This document shows, piece after piece, positions 63,226 through 64,000 of a stretch of 64,000 nucleotides of DNA; position 1 is the first letter of the stretch; every line of letters begins with the position of its first letter. The position numbers and the translations under genes were made by a program. The notes under the pieces were generated by a model, which did not search any database, had not been told where the DNA came from, and saw nothing but the letters and a program-made list of their open reading frames with translations. The stretch spans positions 6,153 through 70,152 of the forward strand of contig JAYYZW010000014.1 of the NCBI GenBank assembly GCA_036339995.1. Reading direction: 5' to 3'. This DNA is from Pseudomonadota bacterium. Its GTDB lineage: Bacteria; Pseudomonadota; Gammaproteobacteria; Ga0077536.

Positions 63226-64000
63226 ATGGAAAAAACCTTCGACCCCCATGACATAGAAATTCAGCGCTACGAGCAATGGGAGAGATCCGGGGTGTTTCGA
63301 CCGTCTGGTTCGGGCCCGCCCTACTGCATCATGCTGCCGCCGCCCAATGTGACGGGAAGTCTGCATATGGGCCACGCTTTTCAGGATACCTTGATGGATG
63401 CCCTCATCCGCTATCACCGCATGTGCGGGGACAATACCCTGTGGCAGTGCGGTACCGACCACGCGGGTATCGCGACCCAGATCGTGGTGGAGCGGCAGCT
63501 TGCGATGGAAGGCCTGTCCAAGCATGAGCTCGGGCGCGAGCAATTCATAGAGGCCGTATGGAATTGGAAAAAGGAATCGGGTGGAACCATAACAAGGCAG
63601 CTGCGCCGCATGGGTGCGTCCATGGACTGGAGTCGGGAACGGTTCACTCTCGATTCCGATCTCTCCCGCGCGGTGCGCGAAGTATTCGTGACTCTATATG
63701 ACGAAGACCTGATCTACCGGGGCAAGCGGCTTGTCAACTGGGACCCGGTGCTGCGCACGGCAATATCGGATTTAGAAGTCGTATCCGAAGAGGAGACCGG
63801 CACGCTCTGGCACATGCGCTACCCATTGTCCGATGGCAGCGGCCACGTGGTCGTCGCCACAACGCGACCCGAAACCATGCTTGGCGATACCGCCGTCGCG
63901 GTTCATCCGGAAGACGATCGCTATCGGCGCTTCATCGGAAAAACGGTCGAACTCCCGATTGCCGAACGTCCCATCCCGATCATTTCCGACGAGTATGTCG
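63226..64000 (+). CDS. valS: Valine--tRNA ligase (5' part; runs off the window)
   Basis: The ATG at 63226 gives [19 protein letters not shown]...[15 protein letters not shown] (HIGH motif)...[13 protein letters not shown]. Open to the window end. Confidence 0.95.
   Translation, partial: MEKTFDPHDIEIQRYEQWERSGVFRPSGSGPPYCIMLPPPNVTGSLHMGHAFQDTLMDALIRYHRMCGDNTLWQCGTDHAGIATQIVVERQLAMEGLSKHELGREQFIEAVWNWKKESGGTITRQLRRMGASMDWSRERFTLDSDLSRAVREVFVTLYDEDLIYRGKRLVNWDPVLRTAISDLEVVSEEETGTLWHMRYPLSDGSGHVVVATTRPETMLGDTAVAVHPEDDRYRRFIGKTVELPIAERPIPIISDEYV

Overview
This is a moderately GC-rich chromosomal segment with Gammaproteobacteria-type synteny. Conserved blocks are argS-SPOR, priA, mrcA/pilMNOPQ-aroK-aroB-(AAA+SPOR)-gltBD-hemE, miaB-phoH-ybeY-corC-lnt, pcnB-folK-panC, and lptG/pepA-holC-valS. 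The first ~20 kb is more accessory. It holds two RND-type exporters, a small detoxification-like set (dienelactone hydrolase, MAPEG, SnoaL-like, cytochrome P450), dps, a Sel1-repeat protein and a small Cys-rich secreted protein. The most interesting locus is a three-gene minus-strand operon at 13040..15169. It encodes a signal-peptide small protein, then a DUF692 multinuclear non-heme iron oxidase (MNIO) homologue, then a DUF2063 partner. That layout matches bufferin/HvfABC-type periplasmic RiPP systems, but the putative precursor is Met-rich, has only two C-terminal Cys, and does not look like the canonical precursor. No DoxX-like gene is adjacent, and a MITE-like element sits between the MNIO and its partner. 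Three decayed genes are readable directly from the sequence: a serine hydrolase with one in-frame TAA, a thiS-'thiG in-frame deletion fusion, and a 5'-truncated, frameshifted GT41-like glycosyltransferase. There are also several families of short interspersed repeats, two tRNAs (Gly-CCC, Glu-CUC), a CheY-like receiver with Asn at the phospho-acceptor position, and an apparent CTG start for trmB. I saw no CRISPR array, integrase, transposase or prophage. All functional calls rest on motif recognition by eye and need confirmation by homology search.
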